Assembly: GCA_039586365.1 (NCBI GenBank)
Contig: JBDHKN010000030.1
Location: 1-63,273 of the forward strand
Direction of reading: 5' to 3'
DNA: 63,273 nucleotides
Origin: Gemmatimonadota bacterium
GTDB taxonomy: Bacteria; Gemmatimonadota; Gemmatimonadetes; Gemmatimonadales; GWC2-71-9
In this document: piece after piece, positions 18,626 through 29,346 of the stretch
Layout of the letters: each line of letters begins with the position of its first letter
Numbering within the stretch: position 1 is the stretch's first letter
The notes under the pieces: generated by a model
Database searches by the model: none
What the model saw: only the letters and a program-made list of their open reading frames with translations
Told to the model about the DNA's origin: nothing
Program-made: the position numbers and the translations under genes

Positions 18626-20551
18626 ATGGACAAGCGCAAACTAGCTGCGGCGAGGTCCACTGTCCTAGCGGTCGCCGTGATTCCTCTGGCTACAGGTATC
18701 GCCCGGCCGCAGAGTCAGTCGATCGATTTCAGTTCCGAGCGCTGGTCTCTAGTCGACGCTCAGATAGCCAACAGGTTTGGCAAGGAGTGTCTGTCGGGAA
18801 CCGCTTTTCTCAAGGACCTACAATTCCAGGATGGTGTGATCGAGGTGGACATCGCCGTCGACGGTACCCGCTCCTACCCTGGGATCATCTTCCGAATGCA
18901 GACGGAGGGGAACTACGAGCGCTTATACGTGCGGCCCCACAGGGCCGGCCTCTACCCGGACGCCATTCAGTACACGCCAGTGTTCAACCGCTTAGAAGGG
19001 TGGCAACTCTACAACGGGACGGGGTACACGGCTGCTGCTGAGCTACCGACCGGAGAGTGGATCCGTTTGAGACTGGAGGTAAAGGGGAGGCAGGCCCGTG
19101 TCTACCTGGGGACTAGAGCTTCTCCCGCCATGGTGATCACGGATCTGAAGCACGGAGTGAGCAGCGGAACCGTCGGGGTTTTAGGTCCTAAGAACGAGAC
19201 CGCCTGCTTCTCCAACTTCAGCTACACGCCGACGGCTGATCTGACATTCGGGCCGCCACCCACTCCCGAAACGCCCAGTGGAACTATCACGGACTGGGAA
19301 ATATCACGTCCATTCCCAGCCGAACGCGTCGACAGGGACTCGTATCCCGGCTTCTACACCATCTTCTTCGCGGACTGGCAAAAGGTGGACCCGGAAGCTA
19401 CTGGATTAGTCGATATAGCCAGATACACGGCGAGAAGCGGACCCGAGCCCGACCTCGTCATCGCCCGAACCGTGGTCAAGTCGGCCGAGGCGCAGAGCCT
19501 CAGGCTGTCCTTCGGCTACAGCGACGAGATCGACCTGTTCCTCAACGGCCGCAAGGTATTCGCTGGGAATAGCTCCTATCGCTCCCGAGACCCGTCGTTC
19601 CTGGGAGTTGTGGGACTGTATGACGCAATCAACCTGAGACTGGAGCGTGGTCTCAACGAAATCCTCCTAATGGTCACCGAGAGCTTCGGCGGCTGGGGCT
19701 TTATGGCGAGGGCAGACCGTGAGCTTCAGCCTCCGGTTGTGGATCACTCGCGTACCACGAGTGCGTGGGAGACACCGGATGCATTCCTCACACCAGAAAG
19801 CGTGCTGTACGATCCCGCACGGGATGTCGTCTACGTCACCAATTTCGATGCCCGGTGGTCGGAAACGACGGAATTCACGGGCTTCATCTCCAGACTCAAC
19901 TTGGACGGCGATATCGAAGAACTGCGATGGGTGGCTGACCTGAACGCCCCGACCGGGATGAGTATCCATGGCGCTAGGCTCTGGGTCGTGGAACGAGGCA
20001 ATCTGACAGAGATAGACCCGGATCGCGGCGTATTACTCCAAAGATACCCGATCTCTGGGTCGGAATTCCTCAACGATATCGCGATCGACTCGGCGGGATA
20101 CATCTACATATCAGACACCTCACCTTCATCACACACTGGAAGTCGGATCTTCCGGTTCAAGGATGGTGTGTCCGAGCTTTGGCTGGACAGTGAGCAAATC
20201 AGCAGAGCCAACGGATTGTTCATCCATGGCGACAAGCTCCTGGTCGGCAATTCAGGTGATGGTTTTCTCAAGTCGGTGGGACTGGGCGACAAGCACATCG
20301 CGGAGATAGCCTGCCTTGGTGGAGGAGTCTTGGACGGCATTAGAGTCGACAATCATGGCAGGTATCTGGTCTCTCACTGGAAAGGCCAGGTCTACGCCGT
20401 GTCGGGCTCCGGAGGAGTGGTCGAGGTCTTGGATACGATGGCGGCAGGAATGAACTCCGCGGATTTCGAGTACATTCCTGACCGAAACCTCCTGATCATA
20501 CCGACGTTCCTGGCCAACAAGGTTGCAGCGTATCGGTTGACCGAACAATAA
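18626..20551 (+). CDS. secreted protein: DUF1080/ConA-like domain fused to an SMP-30/gluconolactonase beta-propeller
   Basis: F.DG.IEVDI, NYE.LYVRPH and FSNF motifs, then PESVLYD, FLNDIAID, ANGL, DGI and SADF propeller motifs. Confidence 0.75.
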   Translation: MDKRKLAAARSTVLAVAVIPLATGIARPQSQSIDFSSERWSLVDAQIANRFGKECLSGTAFLKDLQFQDGVIEVDIAVDGTRSYPGIIFRMQTEGNYERLYVRPHRAGLYPDAIQYTPVFNRLEGWQLYNGTGYTAAAELPTGEWIRLRLEVKGRQARVYLGTRASPAMVITDLKHGVSSGTVGVLGPKNETACFSNFSYTPTADLTFGPPPTPETPSGTITDWEISRPFPAERVDRDSYPGFYTIFFADWQKVDPEATGLVDIARYTARSGPEPDLVIARTVVKSAEAQSLRLSFGYSDEIDLFLNGRKVFAGNSSYRSRDPSFLGVVGLYDAINLRLERGLNEILLMVTESFGGWGFMARADRELQPPVVDHSRTTSAWETPDAFLTPESVLYDPARDVVYVTNFDARWSETTEFTGFISRLNLDGDIEELRWVADLNAPTGMSIHGARLWVVERGNLTEIDPDRGVLLQRYPISGSEFLNDIAIDSAGYIYISDTSPSSHTGSRIFRFKDGVSELWLDSEQISRANGLFIHGDKLLVGNSGDGFLKSVGLGDKHIAEIACLGGGVLDGIRVDNHGRYLVSHWKGQVYAVSGSGGVVEVLDTMAAGMNSADFEYIPDRNLLIIPTFLANKVAAYRLTEQ

Positions 20552-20552
20552 T

Positions 20553-21224
20553 ATGGTAATGTTGAAAAGCCTCAGTTCGTTCTGGCTGGCTGCCTTCAGC
20601 CTCGTCCTCGCACCTGCTGTCGCGGCACAAACCAACCGCACCCAGCGCGATGAGTGGCAGAAAGTCGAGGAGATTTTCGCAGCAATGGACATTCAGGAAG
20701 GGGACCAGGTGGCGGATATTGGTGCTGGCTCGGGTTTCTTTACGGTGCGGCTCAGTCCCCTGTTGGGCCCCGAGGGTAGGGTGATCGCCGTAGATATCGA
20801 TCGCAGTGCGATCCGGGGGCTCGAACGGTTGGTCCAGCAATCCTCGCTGGACAATGTGGAGTTGGTACCGAGCGAGCCGGACGATCCGAAACTGCCTCCG
20901 AACTCAATCGATGCCGCCCTGATCGTGATCTCGTATCACGAGATGGAGGCGCATCAGGAGATGTTGGCCGGTATCAAGCAGGCCCTCCGACCGGGAGCTC
21001 GTCTAGTAATCGTGGACAATCCAGCTCGCGATCCGAGACGGAGCCGACAGGCCCAGATGCAACTTCATCACATTGACATCGCCTTGGTGGAGCAGGACCT
21101 GGAGGCAGCTGGGTTCGAGATCATCGAGCGGCGGCCGCATTTCGTCGATGGGGATTACAATGGGTACCGCCGGCGCAATTGGATGCTGGTGGCGACTCCC
21201 CTCCGGAGCCAGCAGACGAACTAG
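20553..21224 (+). CDS. class I SAM-dependent methyltransferase with signal peptide
   Basis: VADIGAGSGFF motif I, VIAVDID, YHEM; N-terminal AVAA-Q cleavage site. Confidence 0.88.
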   Translation: MVMLKSLSSFWLAAFSLVLAPAVAAQTNRTQRDEWQKVEEIFAAMDIQEGDQVADIGAGSGFFTVRLSPLLGPEGRVIAVDIDRSAIRGLERLVQQSSLDNVELVPSEPDDPKLPPNSIDAALIVISYHEMEAHQEMLAGIKQALRPGARLVIVDNPARDPRRSRQAQMQLHHIDIALVEQDLEAAGFEIIERRPHFVDGDYNGYRRRNWMLVATPLRSQQTN

Positions 21225-21368
21225 CCCGAGAGCCGCGCTCTCCGGACCGTTGGCCTCGCCAGCGTCCCCTGGGATAACGCCGGCCGCCTCGCGCTTCACC
21301 TGCCACGGCATGAGAACAGGATCTTCGCGCTGCATTGTAACCTGGTTCGTTTTGCAACGTATTGTACA

Positions 21369-21941
21369 ATGATGGATCCGGCCAACATCGATATCCTCCT
21401 GACGTTCCGTCACTTGGCGGATGACGCCCGTACCGGCCTTCAGCAGGTGCGGCAGGCCAAAGGGGAAGTCCGGGTCGTTGCGGGATACCTCGAGGCAGGA
21501 GACGTGCTCGAGAGCTACCGAACACTCAGCATCCCGGTCCGCAGAACCTACCGGGAATCAGACCGTGCCGCTTTCGTCCGAGTTTGCGAAATCCTCACCT
21601 CAACCGGTGTGGCGGACCTGGTAGATCGGGTTGCTCAGGTCAAGTCACGGTACGACCAGGTCATGAGGGACCTATCCTCACATACGATCTTGAACGACAA
21701 GCCGCTCGAGCACAGGCTGGTCTTCGACGCGTGGCTGGACGCCGTCATATTTGGAGGCTTTGGCGGCAAGGACAAGAAGTATCGCGTCCTATTAGAGGAA
21801 TGCGGTAAGGCAGTGGAGGGCGTTGCGGTGAGAATCACCGAGGGAATCGCTGAGCGGATGCTCGAACTGGCCCCCCTGGTATCCGAAACGCTGCAGCCAC
21901 ATCTCGGCCAAGGGGACCGTGCCACGGCTTCGGACAGCTAG
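21369..21941 (+). CDS. hypothetical protein
   Basis: 190-aa ORF filling the gap between genes with plausible helical composition; no motif recognised. Confidence 0.6.
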   Translation: MMDPANIDILLTFRHLADDARTGLQQVRQAKGEVRVVAGYLEAGDVLESYRTLSIPVRRTYRESDRAAFVRVCEILTSTGVADLVDRVAQVKSRYDQVMRDLSSHTILNDKPLEHRLVFDAWLDAVIFGGFGGKDKKYRVLLEECGKAVEGVAVRITEGIAERMLELAPLVSETLQPHLGQGDRATASDS

Positions 21942-22600
21942 TCCACTAACCAGCCGTCATGCAAGTTGATGATACGATTGCCGTACTTGGCGTATTCCTC
22001 GTTGTGCGTGACCTGGATAATTGTCGTACCACCGTCGTTCAACTTCTTCAGCAGGTCCATGATCATCCGTCCCTGAGATGAATGAAGGCTGCCGGTCGGC
22101 TCGTCAGCCAAGATCAGTCTGGGACTGGCAACCATCGCTCTTGCCACTGCCACCAGTTGCTGCTGACCACCCGAGAGTTGCCTGGGGTAGAGATCCTTCT
22201 TGGCAACGATCTGGAACTTGTCCAAGGTGTCTGCAACGATGCCTTGGCGTTCCCCTCGGGGAACGTTGCGGTAGGAAAGGGGGATATCGAGGTTCTCGTA
22301 GACGGTGAGATCGTCGAGCAGGTGATACTGCTGGAACACGAATCCTATGTATTGCTTGTGCAGTTCGTTTCTGTGCTTGGTCTTTAGTTCGTGTACCGGC
22401 CGTTCCACGAAATAGTACTCACCCGCCCAAGCACCATCGAGCATGCCCACAATGCCTAGTAGCGTGGACTTTCCGGCTCCTGACGGCCCCATGACCGTTA
22501 CGAACTCACCTTCCTCAATGTCAAGCGTTATCTGGCGTAGCACGTACTGCTTCGTATTACCCAGGAGGAAGAATTTCTCAACGTTTCTCAGTGATATCAT
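21938..22600 (-). CDS. ABC transporter ATP-binding protein (LolD/MacB type)
   Basis: Walker A GPSGAGKST, GFVFQQY, LSGGQQQ, Walker B LILADEPTG, VTH. Confidence 0.93.
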   Translation of the reverse strand: MISLRNVEKFFLLGNTKQYVLRQITLDIEEGEFVTVMGPSGAGKSTLLGIVGMLDGAWAGEYYFVERPVHELKTKHRNELHKQYIGFVFQQYHLLDDLTVYENLDIPLSYRNVPRGERQGIVADTLDKFQIVAKKDLYPRQLSGGQQQLVAVARAMVASPRLILADEPTGSLHSSQGRMIMDLLKKLNDGGTTIIQVTHNEEYAKYGNRIINLHDGWLVD

Positions 22601-22719
22601 CTCGTCCAAACCTGAAGTTGCTCGTGAGGATTCTAGCACAGTTGGCGTTTTTGGGTAGTCTACGATCGCCGTCTTGCTTACTACCGGGTCGTTTGGAGAC
22701 GGCACCAAACCAGTTGCGC

Positions 22720-23739
22720 CTACAACCGGCCCAGCTCCCTTTCCCACGCACTCAAAGCCACTTCATAATACCGTGGTGAGAACATGACCCACTCACCCAA
22801 CGACTCGGGTACACTGTAGGATTCGGCCGCCTCAGTTGCCGGTATCCCCCGTTCGTGCGCCACCCGTGCGGCCGCTTCCACGTCGTCGATCAGCTCGATG
22901 TAGCGATCGAGATCTGTCGCGTCCGCCACCGGCCCATGCCCCGGCACGTACACGGTGCCGGGGTCTCTGACCAGGGCTCGCACATCACGGGACAGCCGCG
23001 ATGGAATCGCATCTCGGTAGTTGGGGAACATTTGATTCCACACGAGATCACCACACCACACCACGCTTGGTTCGTCGATCTCCACCGTGACGTCACTCGG
23101 TGTGTGACCTTCTCGCGGCACGAGATGGACCGTACGGCCACCCAGGTCGATGCTGGTAGCTGACGACGGATTGATAATCACCACGTCCGCCAGCATACTA
23201 GAACGAGGCGAGTGGGCTGCGACGCCGCGGTCAGCATCCGCCTCACTGATCAGATCACGGGTCGTTTCGGTCGCTAGAACATCGGGCGCCTGTTCTGCCC
23301 CATACCCTTCCACACCATTGGCGTGATCTCCATGGAAGTGCGTCAACACCACATGGGTCGGCCAGCGACCCGTCAGCTCACGAGACTGTTGCGCCATCCA
23401 CGCAGCCCCGGTTGGGCTAGCGAAGCTCTCTACGACCAGGCTTCCATGGACTCCCGCAATAATGCCGCCATTACACAGGGTCGTCCGATCGCCAGTGAGC
23501 GGAGTCGAGACCAACGCCCAGAGACCCTCTCCCACGCTCTCGAGGCGTCCCCAAGGTTCCTGGACCGCACTCGGGCGGCGCCGGCCAGGAACCGAGAAGT
23601 CACGAGCCCAATTCGGGACTGCCGAGCCCACGTACAGCAAGTGAGCTCCACAGGAGGCTGTGACTCCCAGGAAAGACCGCCGCGAGACACCTTTTGTGCC
23701 GTACCCAGCGGGCCGCGCACCGCTGTTTGAATCGATCAT
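22720..23739 (-). CDS. Tat-exported metallo-beta-lactamase fold hydrolase
   Basis: SRRSFL Tat motif; THFHGDH, GHT, GDL and PGHG. Confidence 0.9.
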   Translation of the reverse strand: MIDSNSGARPAGYGTKGVSRRSFLGVTASCGAHLLYVGSAVPNWARDFSVPGRRRPSAVQEPWGRLESVGEGLWALVSTPLTGDRTTLCNGGIIAGVHGSLVVESFASPTGAAWMAQQSRELTGRWPTHVVLTHFHGDHANGVEGYGAEQAPDVLATETTRDLISEADADRGVAAHSPRSSMLADVVIINPSSATSIDLGGRTVHLVPREGHTPSDVTVEIDEPSVVWCGDLVWNQMFPNYRDAIPSRLSRDVRALVRDPGTVYVPGHGPVADATDLDRYIELIDDVEAAARVAHERGIPATEAAESYSVPESLGEWVMFSPRYYEVALSAWERELGRL

Positions 23740-26471
23740 CTCTGGTTGCCCTTCTCCGTTTCCGCTTTGGATTCCACAGCAGGGGCTTTCCAAAACGCCG
23801 AGTTATCCGGCGCAGCAGCCGCTGTGCGCGCCGAGTACAGCACCGAGTTGAACACCACGCGGAAGTTGCCGAACGGCTGCCCACGCCATTGTGGTCGCAT
23901 GCCGAGCAGGATCACGTGCCCGTCGCCGTGTCTCACATCCATGGCTGTAGCGTACCCCTGCAGGTGTTTCTCACCCAGGAGATACCCAGACAGGAGCACC
24001 GTACCGGCCTTGGGGTACTTGGCCAACACGGCACCTTCGAATTCTTCTGCAGTAGTGAACACTGGGCTACGGCTGACGAATATCTTGCCGCTCTCAGGCA
24101 TACCCGACATTACCGGGTGCGACGGATCCACCTCCATCGCCACAAGTGACCCGGCCATGAAGAACTCGCCGCGCTCAAGATCGGCCACCACGTTCTCAAC
24201 CGGGAGGTGCAGCTGCTCAATAGCGAACAAACTGCCTCCGTTCCACGTAGCGAGCGTGCCGCCAGCACGCACGAACTCATCGAGCGCCCGTACTCCCTCA
24301 CTCCCAATGCCGCCGGCGTACCGCGGCGGGACGGAGCCTTTTGCGTAGCCGTCGCGTATGGTGCCGGCCGGGATGTCGGCAATGACTACCACGTCGAAGC
24401 GGTTGCGGAGATCGCCGGCTATGATGTCGTGGTTGTAGACGCTAGTGAACTCGAACTCGTACCGCTCCAGCAGCCAGCGCGTCCAGCCCTCATCCATACT
24501 GGCACGCCAGGGACGGTACAGACCAATACGCGGCCTGTTGACGGCCGTCCCGGCGGCCCCTCCCCACTCCGCCTGCAGCGCGTAATCCCTCACTATGGCA
24601 TTGATCGAGGACTGGGAAACACCGGAAATCACGTAGCGCCCTGAAGATCCAGCAGCACCGTTCTCACCCACGCTGCCCGGGACGAAGCGAACCTGACCGC
24701 CCTCGCGCCAAGCCCGGTTGATCGCCCGGTAGGAGTTGTTCTGCGCCATGTCCAACAACAAGGCTCCGCCGCCCCCCCCGGCCCGTCCAGATCGCGGTGC
24801 TATTCCGGCAGCGACTGGGTGAGTGTCATAGCCGACTCCCGGGACCATATCGAATGGCGCAGCATCAGAAACATCTGAGTTCCACGGAAGAGCCTCCCCC
24901 TGTACTGGAGCCATAGCTCCACGTACAGCGTCAGAGAGCGGTGCCGCTGCTTCGATAACGCGAACATCGAACTGCAACGGCAAGGTCCACCCCGAGATGT
25001 CATACGGTTGATCCGGTGGACCTTCGGGATACTCCCTCAGGTCAGGGTAGTTCTGCACCGCGAACAGTTGCCGCACGAAATTCGCGTTCTCCTGATCCAT
25101 GGCTATCACCCAGGTATTGGCTGGGACACTGCGACCTTCGAACTCGACCGCTCGTTCGAGCTGATGGATGACAATGCCGTTGAAGGCAAGACGCCGCAAT
25201 AGCTCTACTGCCGCCACCGGATCGCGCTGCTCCTGCGGCACGAAATAGGCAAATGGCGGCCCGCTGCTGTACGTCTCAATTACGTCACGACCGGACTGAT
25301 ACCTGTTGTACAGCAGATCGTACTTGTACTTTGCTGCTACATCCAGCACCGACATCGATGCGGTGACGCAGTAGTCCACCGCATCCCTCAGTCTCCACCA
25401 ACCCCCGGTCCAAGGACTGGCATACAACGATTGTGGCCGCAAGTCCCGAGATTTCACGGGAAAGTCCGCCACAGTATAGAAGTGCGGCGTTGCGTAACGA
25501 TACAGCCCAGTCTCGGTGAGCAAGGACGTCACGTTATGGAAGTTGTTGGCATGGTCCAAGAAGCCCGGGTACCAGTTGTCAAATCCAGTACCCATATGCA
25601 TCGCTCCTGTTTGCCCCCGTTCCTCCAATGCCTGGGCCATCGCCATACCGATCAGGTTCACCTGCCGCCACATCAGAGGATGCACGAACTCGGACACCGG
25701 TTCCGCGAACGGAGGAATCCAAATCCGTGCCGGGAACGGCGCCGTCTGGTGATGGTTGTACAGGATCTGCGGCTCCCAGTGCCGGTCCACACGTGTTACG
25801 ACCCGCGACTCGATCATGCTGAGCATGTAGCCATCACGGTTGTTATCGTGTCCGACGTACTGTTGGTAGAGCCAGGGCATCGGAGACACCTCGTACGGTG
25901 TTCCGAGATTGGAGCTGTACCACTCCGCCACCTTGTTCTGGCCGTCGGGGTTCATCGACGTCCATAACAGCAGGATGACGTTCTCAAGGATAGACTGTAT
26001 CTCCGGATCGCCCTCCCCAACTACCAGTTCGTACGCTAGCTGCATGGTATGCTGGGCCGGCGCCACCTCTGTCGAATGGAGTCCGCCGTCGATGTGTACG
26101 ATCGCCTTTCCTTCCCCAGCCAGCTCACGCGCCATCTCGTCAGTCAGTCCCCGTGGATGTGCCAACCTCCGTGAGATTTCTCTATATCGTTCGATCTCTG
26201 CGAGGTTTTCGGCGGCCGAGATCAATGCGACGTACCAACTGCGGCCTTCTGTCGTCCTGCCGACCTCGACGAGCTGCACCTTGTCGCTGGATTCAGCGAG
26301 CCGCTGGAAGTACTCTATCGCTTGGTCGTATGATGCGAGGTGGAAGTCGGCACCCACACGGAAACCGAGAACTGACTCAGGAGTGGGTACGTTGGTCTGA
26401 GCATTGGCAGCCGCGGTGGCTACACCTGCGAAGACCAAGGTGGTCAAATACATGCGGACTGAACTCGGCAT
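23736..26471 (-). CDS. M14 family zinc carboxypeptidase
   Basis: Signal peptide; LHSTE, NPDG, HDNNRD and HHQ motifs; C-terminal MDEGWTRW region. Confidence 0.9.
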   Translation of the reverse strand: MPSSVRMYLTTLVFAGVATAAANAQTNVPTPESVLGFRVGADFHLASYDQAIEYFQRLAESSDKVQLVEVGRTTEGRSWYVALISAAENLAEIERYREISRRLAHPRGLTDEMARELAGEGKAIVHIDGGLHSTEVAPAQHTMQLAYELVVGEGDPEIQSILENVILLLWTSMNPDGQNKVAEWYSSNLGTPYEVSPMPWLYQQYVGHDNNRDGYMLSMIESRVVTRVDRHWEPQILYNHHQTAPFPARIWIPPFAEPVSEFVHPLMWRQVNLIGMAMAQALEERGQTGAMHMGTGFDNWYPGFLDHANNFHNVTSLLTETGLYRYATPHFYTVADFPVKSRDLRPQSLYASPWTGGWWRLRDAVDYCVTASMSVLDVAAKYKYDLLYNRYQSGRDVIETYSSGPPFAYFVPQEQRDPVAAVELLRRLAFNGIVIHQLERAVEFEGRSVPANTWVIAMDQENANFVRQLFAVQNYPDLREYPEGPPDQPYDISGWTLPLQFDVRVIEAAAPLSDAVRGAMAPVQGEALPWNSDVSDAAPFDMVPGVGYDTHPVAAGIAPRSGRAGGGGGALLLDMAQNNSYRAINRAWREGGQVRFVPGSVGENGAAGSSGRYVISGVSQSSINAIVRDYALQAEWGGAAGTAVNRPRIGLYRPWRASMDEGWTRWLLERYEFEFTSVYNHDIIAGDLRNRFDVVVIADIPAGTIRDGYAKGSVPPRYAGGIGSEGVRALDEFVRAGGTLATWNGGSLFAIEQLHLPVENVVADLERGEFFMAGSLVAMEVDPSHPVMSGMPESGKIFVSRSPVFTTAEEFEGAVLAKYPKAGTVLLSGYLLGEKHLQGYATAMDVRHGDGHVILLGMRPQWRGQPFGNFRVVFNSVLYSARTAAAAPDNSAFWKAPAVESKAETEKGNQR

Positions 26472-26856
26472 GGCCTCTCCGATATTACGGATATTGTGAC
26501 TGTCAAACTGGGAAAGTAGAACTCGGGCCCTCGCCCGAGAACACTGCCCGTCAATACACTCGTTCGATTGACAGGCCGAATGATAATCGGTAAGTGCGGA
26601 AACAACGTCTCACACGGACATCAAGGTACGAACTTGCAGCCCGGGCTGCCAGGACCCCGCAGTGCACTGCCGGATGCCAGCGGATCCATTCAGGTCATAC
26701 AACAAACCGGTCACCGCAAGTTTCTGACTCCCTCACAATGTGAGAATCAGCGTCTCTTGGATGGCCACCGCCTTCATGTCAACTATGGCCGCACCTGGCT
26801 GGAGAGCCAATCCCGGGGTCACTTGCCACTGCAAGACTCCATTGTACCTTAGCCAT

Positions 26857-28671
26857 ATGGACGAGTCCAAATCCAGATCAGTCGAGGAGCGGCTGCGACA
26901 GCTGGAGGATGCTGTCGCACGCATCGAGAGTACCCTCAAGCAGTTGATCGACTCGCTGGCCCGCAGGGAGCGCGAGTCGCCGGTGTCAAGGTCAACCTCA
27001 GCGCAACTGGCCACCACAAGGTCACCAAGAGGGGCCGTGCCGTCACGGCGTTCGCAAACAGCAGCGGAACCGCGAAGGCCGATCTCGGAGACTAGTCGCG
27101 CCGAGGTTACAGCCAACAAATTGTGGGCCGACTTGCAGAATCGCGGCCTCCAATTCTGGATCAGCCGGGTTGGGATAGGATTGCTCCTGCTGAGCGTCGT
27201 GTTCCTGTTTGACTACGCAGTGGACCGAGGATGGCTGACACCTCCGATCCGAGTCGCGTTCGGCCTGCTCCTAGGCACTTCCCTCGCCCTCATCTGATTC
27301 CGAGTGCGCATCGAACAGCGTTGGTTCAGCCAACTAATGCTCGGTGGGGCGGCAGCCGCCTGGTACATCACAGGTTTTGCAGCATTCCAAGTATTCCACA
27401 TCGTAGGCCATCCCGCTGCTTTCGCGTTTATGGTTGCCGTGACGGGTTTCACATTCTGGGCCGGCATAAGGGAGAGCGACGCACTGCTAGCAATACTTGG
27501 TGCGGTTGGTGCCCTGGCCACTCCTTTCTTGTTATACACCGACACGGGAACGATAGCGGGACTCATCACATACACCTGCATTGTACTCCTCGGAACGAGC
27601 GGCATCTACCTGTTCAAGGGCTGGTTGTCGCTCCTATGGACCACTGTGATCGGAGGCTGGTCGGTACTCGCCACCGGCCTTGGGGGAGGGGAGTTGGCCG
27701 ACCGATGGGCCGTGCAAATAGGTGTGCTCGTCACATGGCTCCTCTTTTGGCTGGTGCCTGTTGGCCGTACCCTATTGGAGGACTGGAATCCGGCACGCTG
27801 GCAACCCACGAAGTCGGGCTTGTTCACTCATCTCTTCGGATCTCCGGAAACCCCTGGTAGACCCGGAGACGTGGCTGTACTCACCCTAGTGACGCCACTG
27901 CTTGCCCTGTCTCTGTCTAGCATGATCTGGACACAAGCGGATACAGTGTTGGGGTGGGGCGCGCTTGGTGGGACTCTGCTGTATGCTCTGGCCGCCTGGC
28001 ATCTCAACCGACCCGGCAACCTGCAGACCTTAGTATCCGCGCATCTCGTCACCGCTGCTGTGCTCGCGGCCGCTGCATTCGCTCTGTTGCTCGATGGGCA
28101 CCCACTGATTCTGCTGTGGGCAGTTCTCGCGACTGCTCTCCATTTGTTGGCTAAGCGGCTTGAAGAAAACGCTCTGAGAGTCTGTGGGCACCTCCTGTTC
28201 GGTATCGTGGGCTTGTGGCTGATGCACCGGATTGCAGAGGAAGGCAGGCCGGACATCGCCCTCCTAAACCTACGGGCTGCAACCGATGCCGCCATAATTG
28301 GTGCCGGTCTCTTGGCAGCAACATGGATGAGTGACAGGCATGCGACGGTCTATCATGTGTCCGCTCACATTGCGATTCTCGGTTGGATCTGGAGGGAGTT
28401 ATCTCAGCTGCCTTCCGGCGAGGCAATCGTGACCGTCACATGGGGTGCGTATGGAATCGTGCTGTTGCTTGCAGCCCGGCGTACGCGGTTGGTAGGCCTT
28501 GCAACCCTGTTGCTGGTCGTCGCCAAACTCTTCCTGGTAGATCTGAGTCGAGTCGATCCATTCCTGAGGATTCTACTCTTCCTCGGTTTCGGTGGAACAT
28601 TCCTGTTGATCAGCTACTATTTCCGCGATCTGCTGCGGAACCCCATGGAGGACAGCGACTCCGGCGGCTGA
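26857..28671 (+). pseudogene. DUF2339-like membrane protein interrupted by an in-frame TGA (27295-27297)
   Basis: Two same-frame ORFs separated by one stop. WISRVGI..LL..V.FL..YA...GW..P.IR and AKLFLVDL motifs are typical of DUF2339. Confidence 0.8.
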
Positions 28672-28726
28672 ATGGGTCGTTGTCAGACGGTGTGAACCCA
28701 CAATTGGTGGGCAGCACCGAGTTCTG

Positions 28727-29206
28727 CTAACTATCCACCCAATCAACTGCGAACCCGCGCTCGTACAGCCATCGCTCGGCTCTTTCTTTCAAACAGGCCT
28801 CTTGATAGGCATTCCATGAACTGCGGGCGTGGTTTGCATCATCTGGGAAAAGCTGTGCTAGAGAATCCAGAAATCTGTAAAGAGATTCCGTATCACAAGC
28901 ACTTCTCACGTGCTCTGGCCATTCGTCGAACCATTGCCGCAGGATATCAGAGTGTTCTTCGTGTGTGAGCGGCACGATCTTCTCATACCGGTCTGGATCA
29001 GAGGTCACCACATCCATTTTGGAATCAAACGCATCGGTATCGATCGGGGTCAGCGTGGCAGTAGGATTGTCCACCCATGTGAGTTCACCTGTAACGACGT
29101 CGAAATACACATCGTACACGTAGTTGGAGGGATCTTCCCGACGCCACACATCGAACCATTCTGCGGCCCAATCTGCCTTCAGGGATCTGCTGGGTCTCGC
29201 CGACAT
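28727..29206 (-). CDS. UPF0158-like protein
   Basis: YFDVVTGE, DPDRY..I.P and W..YQ...L.ERA..WL...G motifs; GGAG upstream of the ATG at 29206. Confidence 0.65.
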   Translation of the reverse strand: MSARPSRSLKADWAAEWFDVWRREDPSNYVYDVYFDVVTGELTWVDNPTATLTPIDTDAFDSKMDVVTSDPDRYEKIVPLTHEEHSDILRQWFDEWPEHVRSACDTESLYRFLDSLAQLFPDDANHARSSWNAYQEACLKERAERWLYERGFAVDWVDS

Positions 29207-29346
29207 ACTCGTGTCTCCACGCCGCTTTGCGTTGGTTGACTTCATTCGAAAGAAAGCCCGGACTACGAGGCCCGTCCAGTACACGACCGACTGGCCGCAA
29301 CAGACGGTGTGACATTGAGCCACGTCATCAAGAGTGGATCGAATGG

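Noticed and set aside
27295..27297. Alternative genetic code (TGA read as Gly/Trp)
   Set aside because: TGA is the evident stop of many intact genes in the window.
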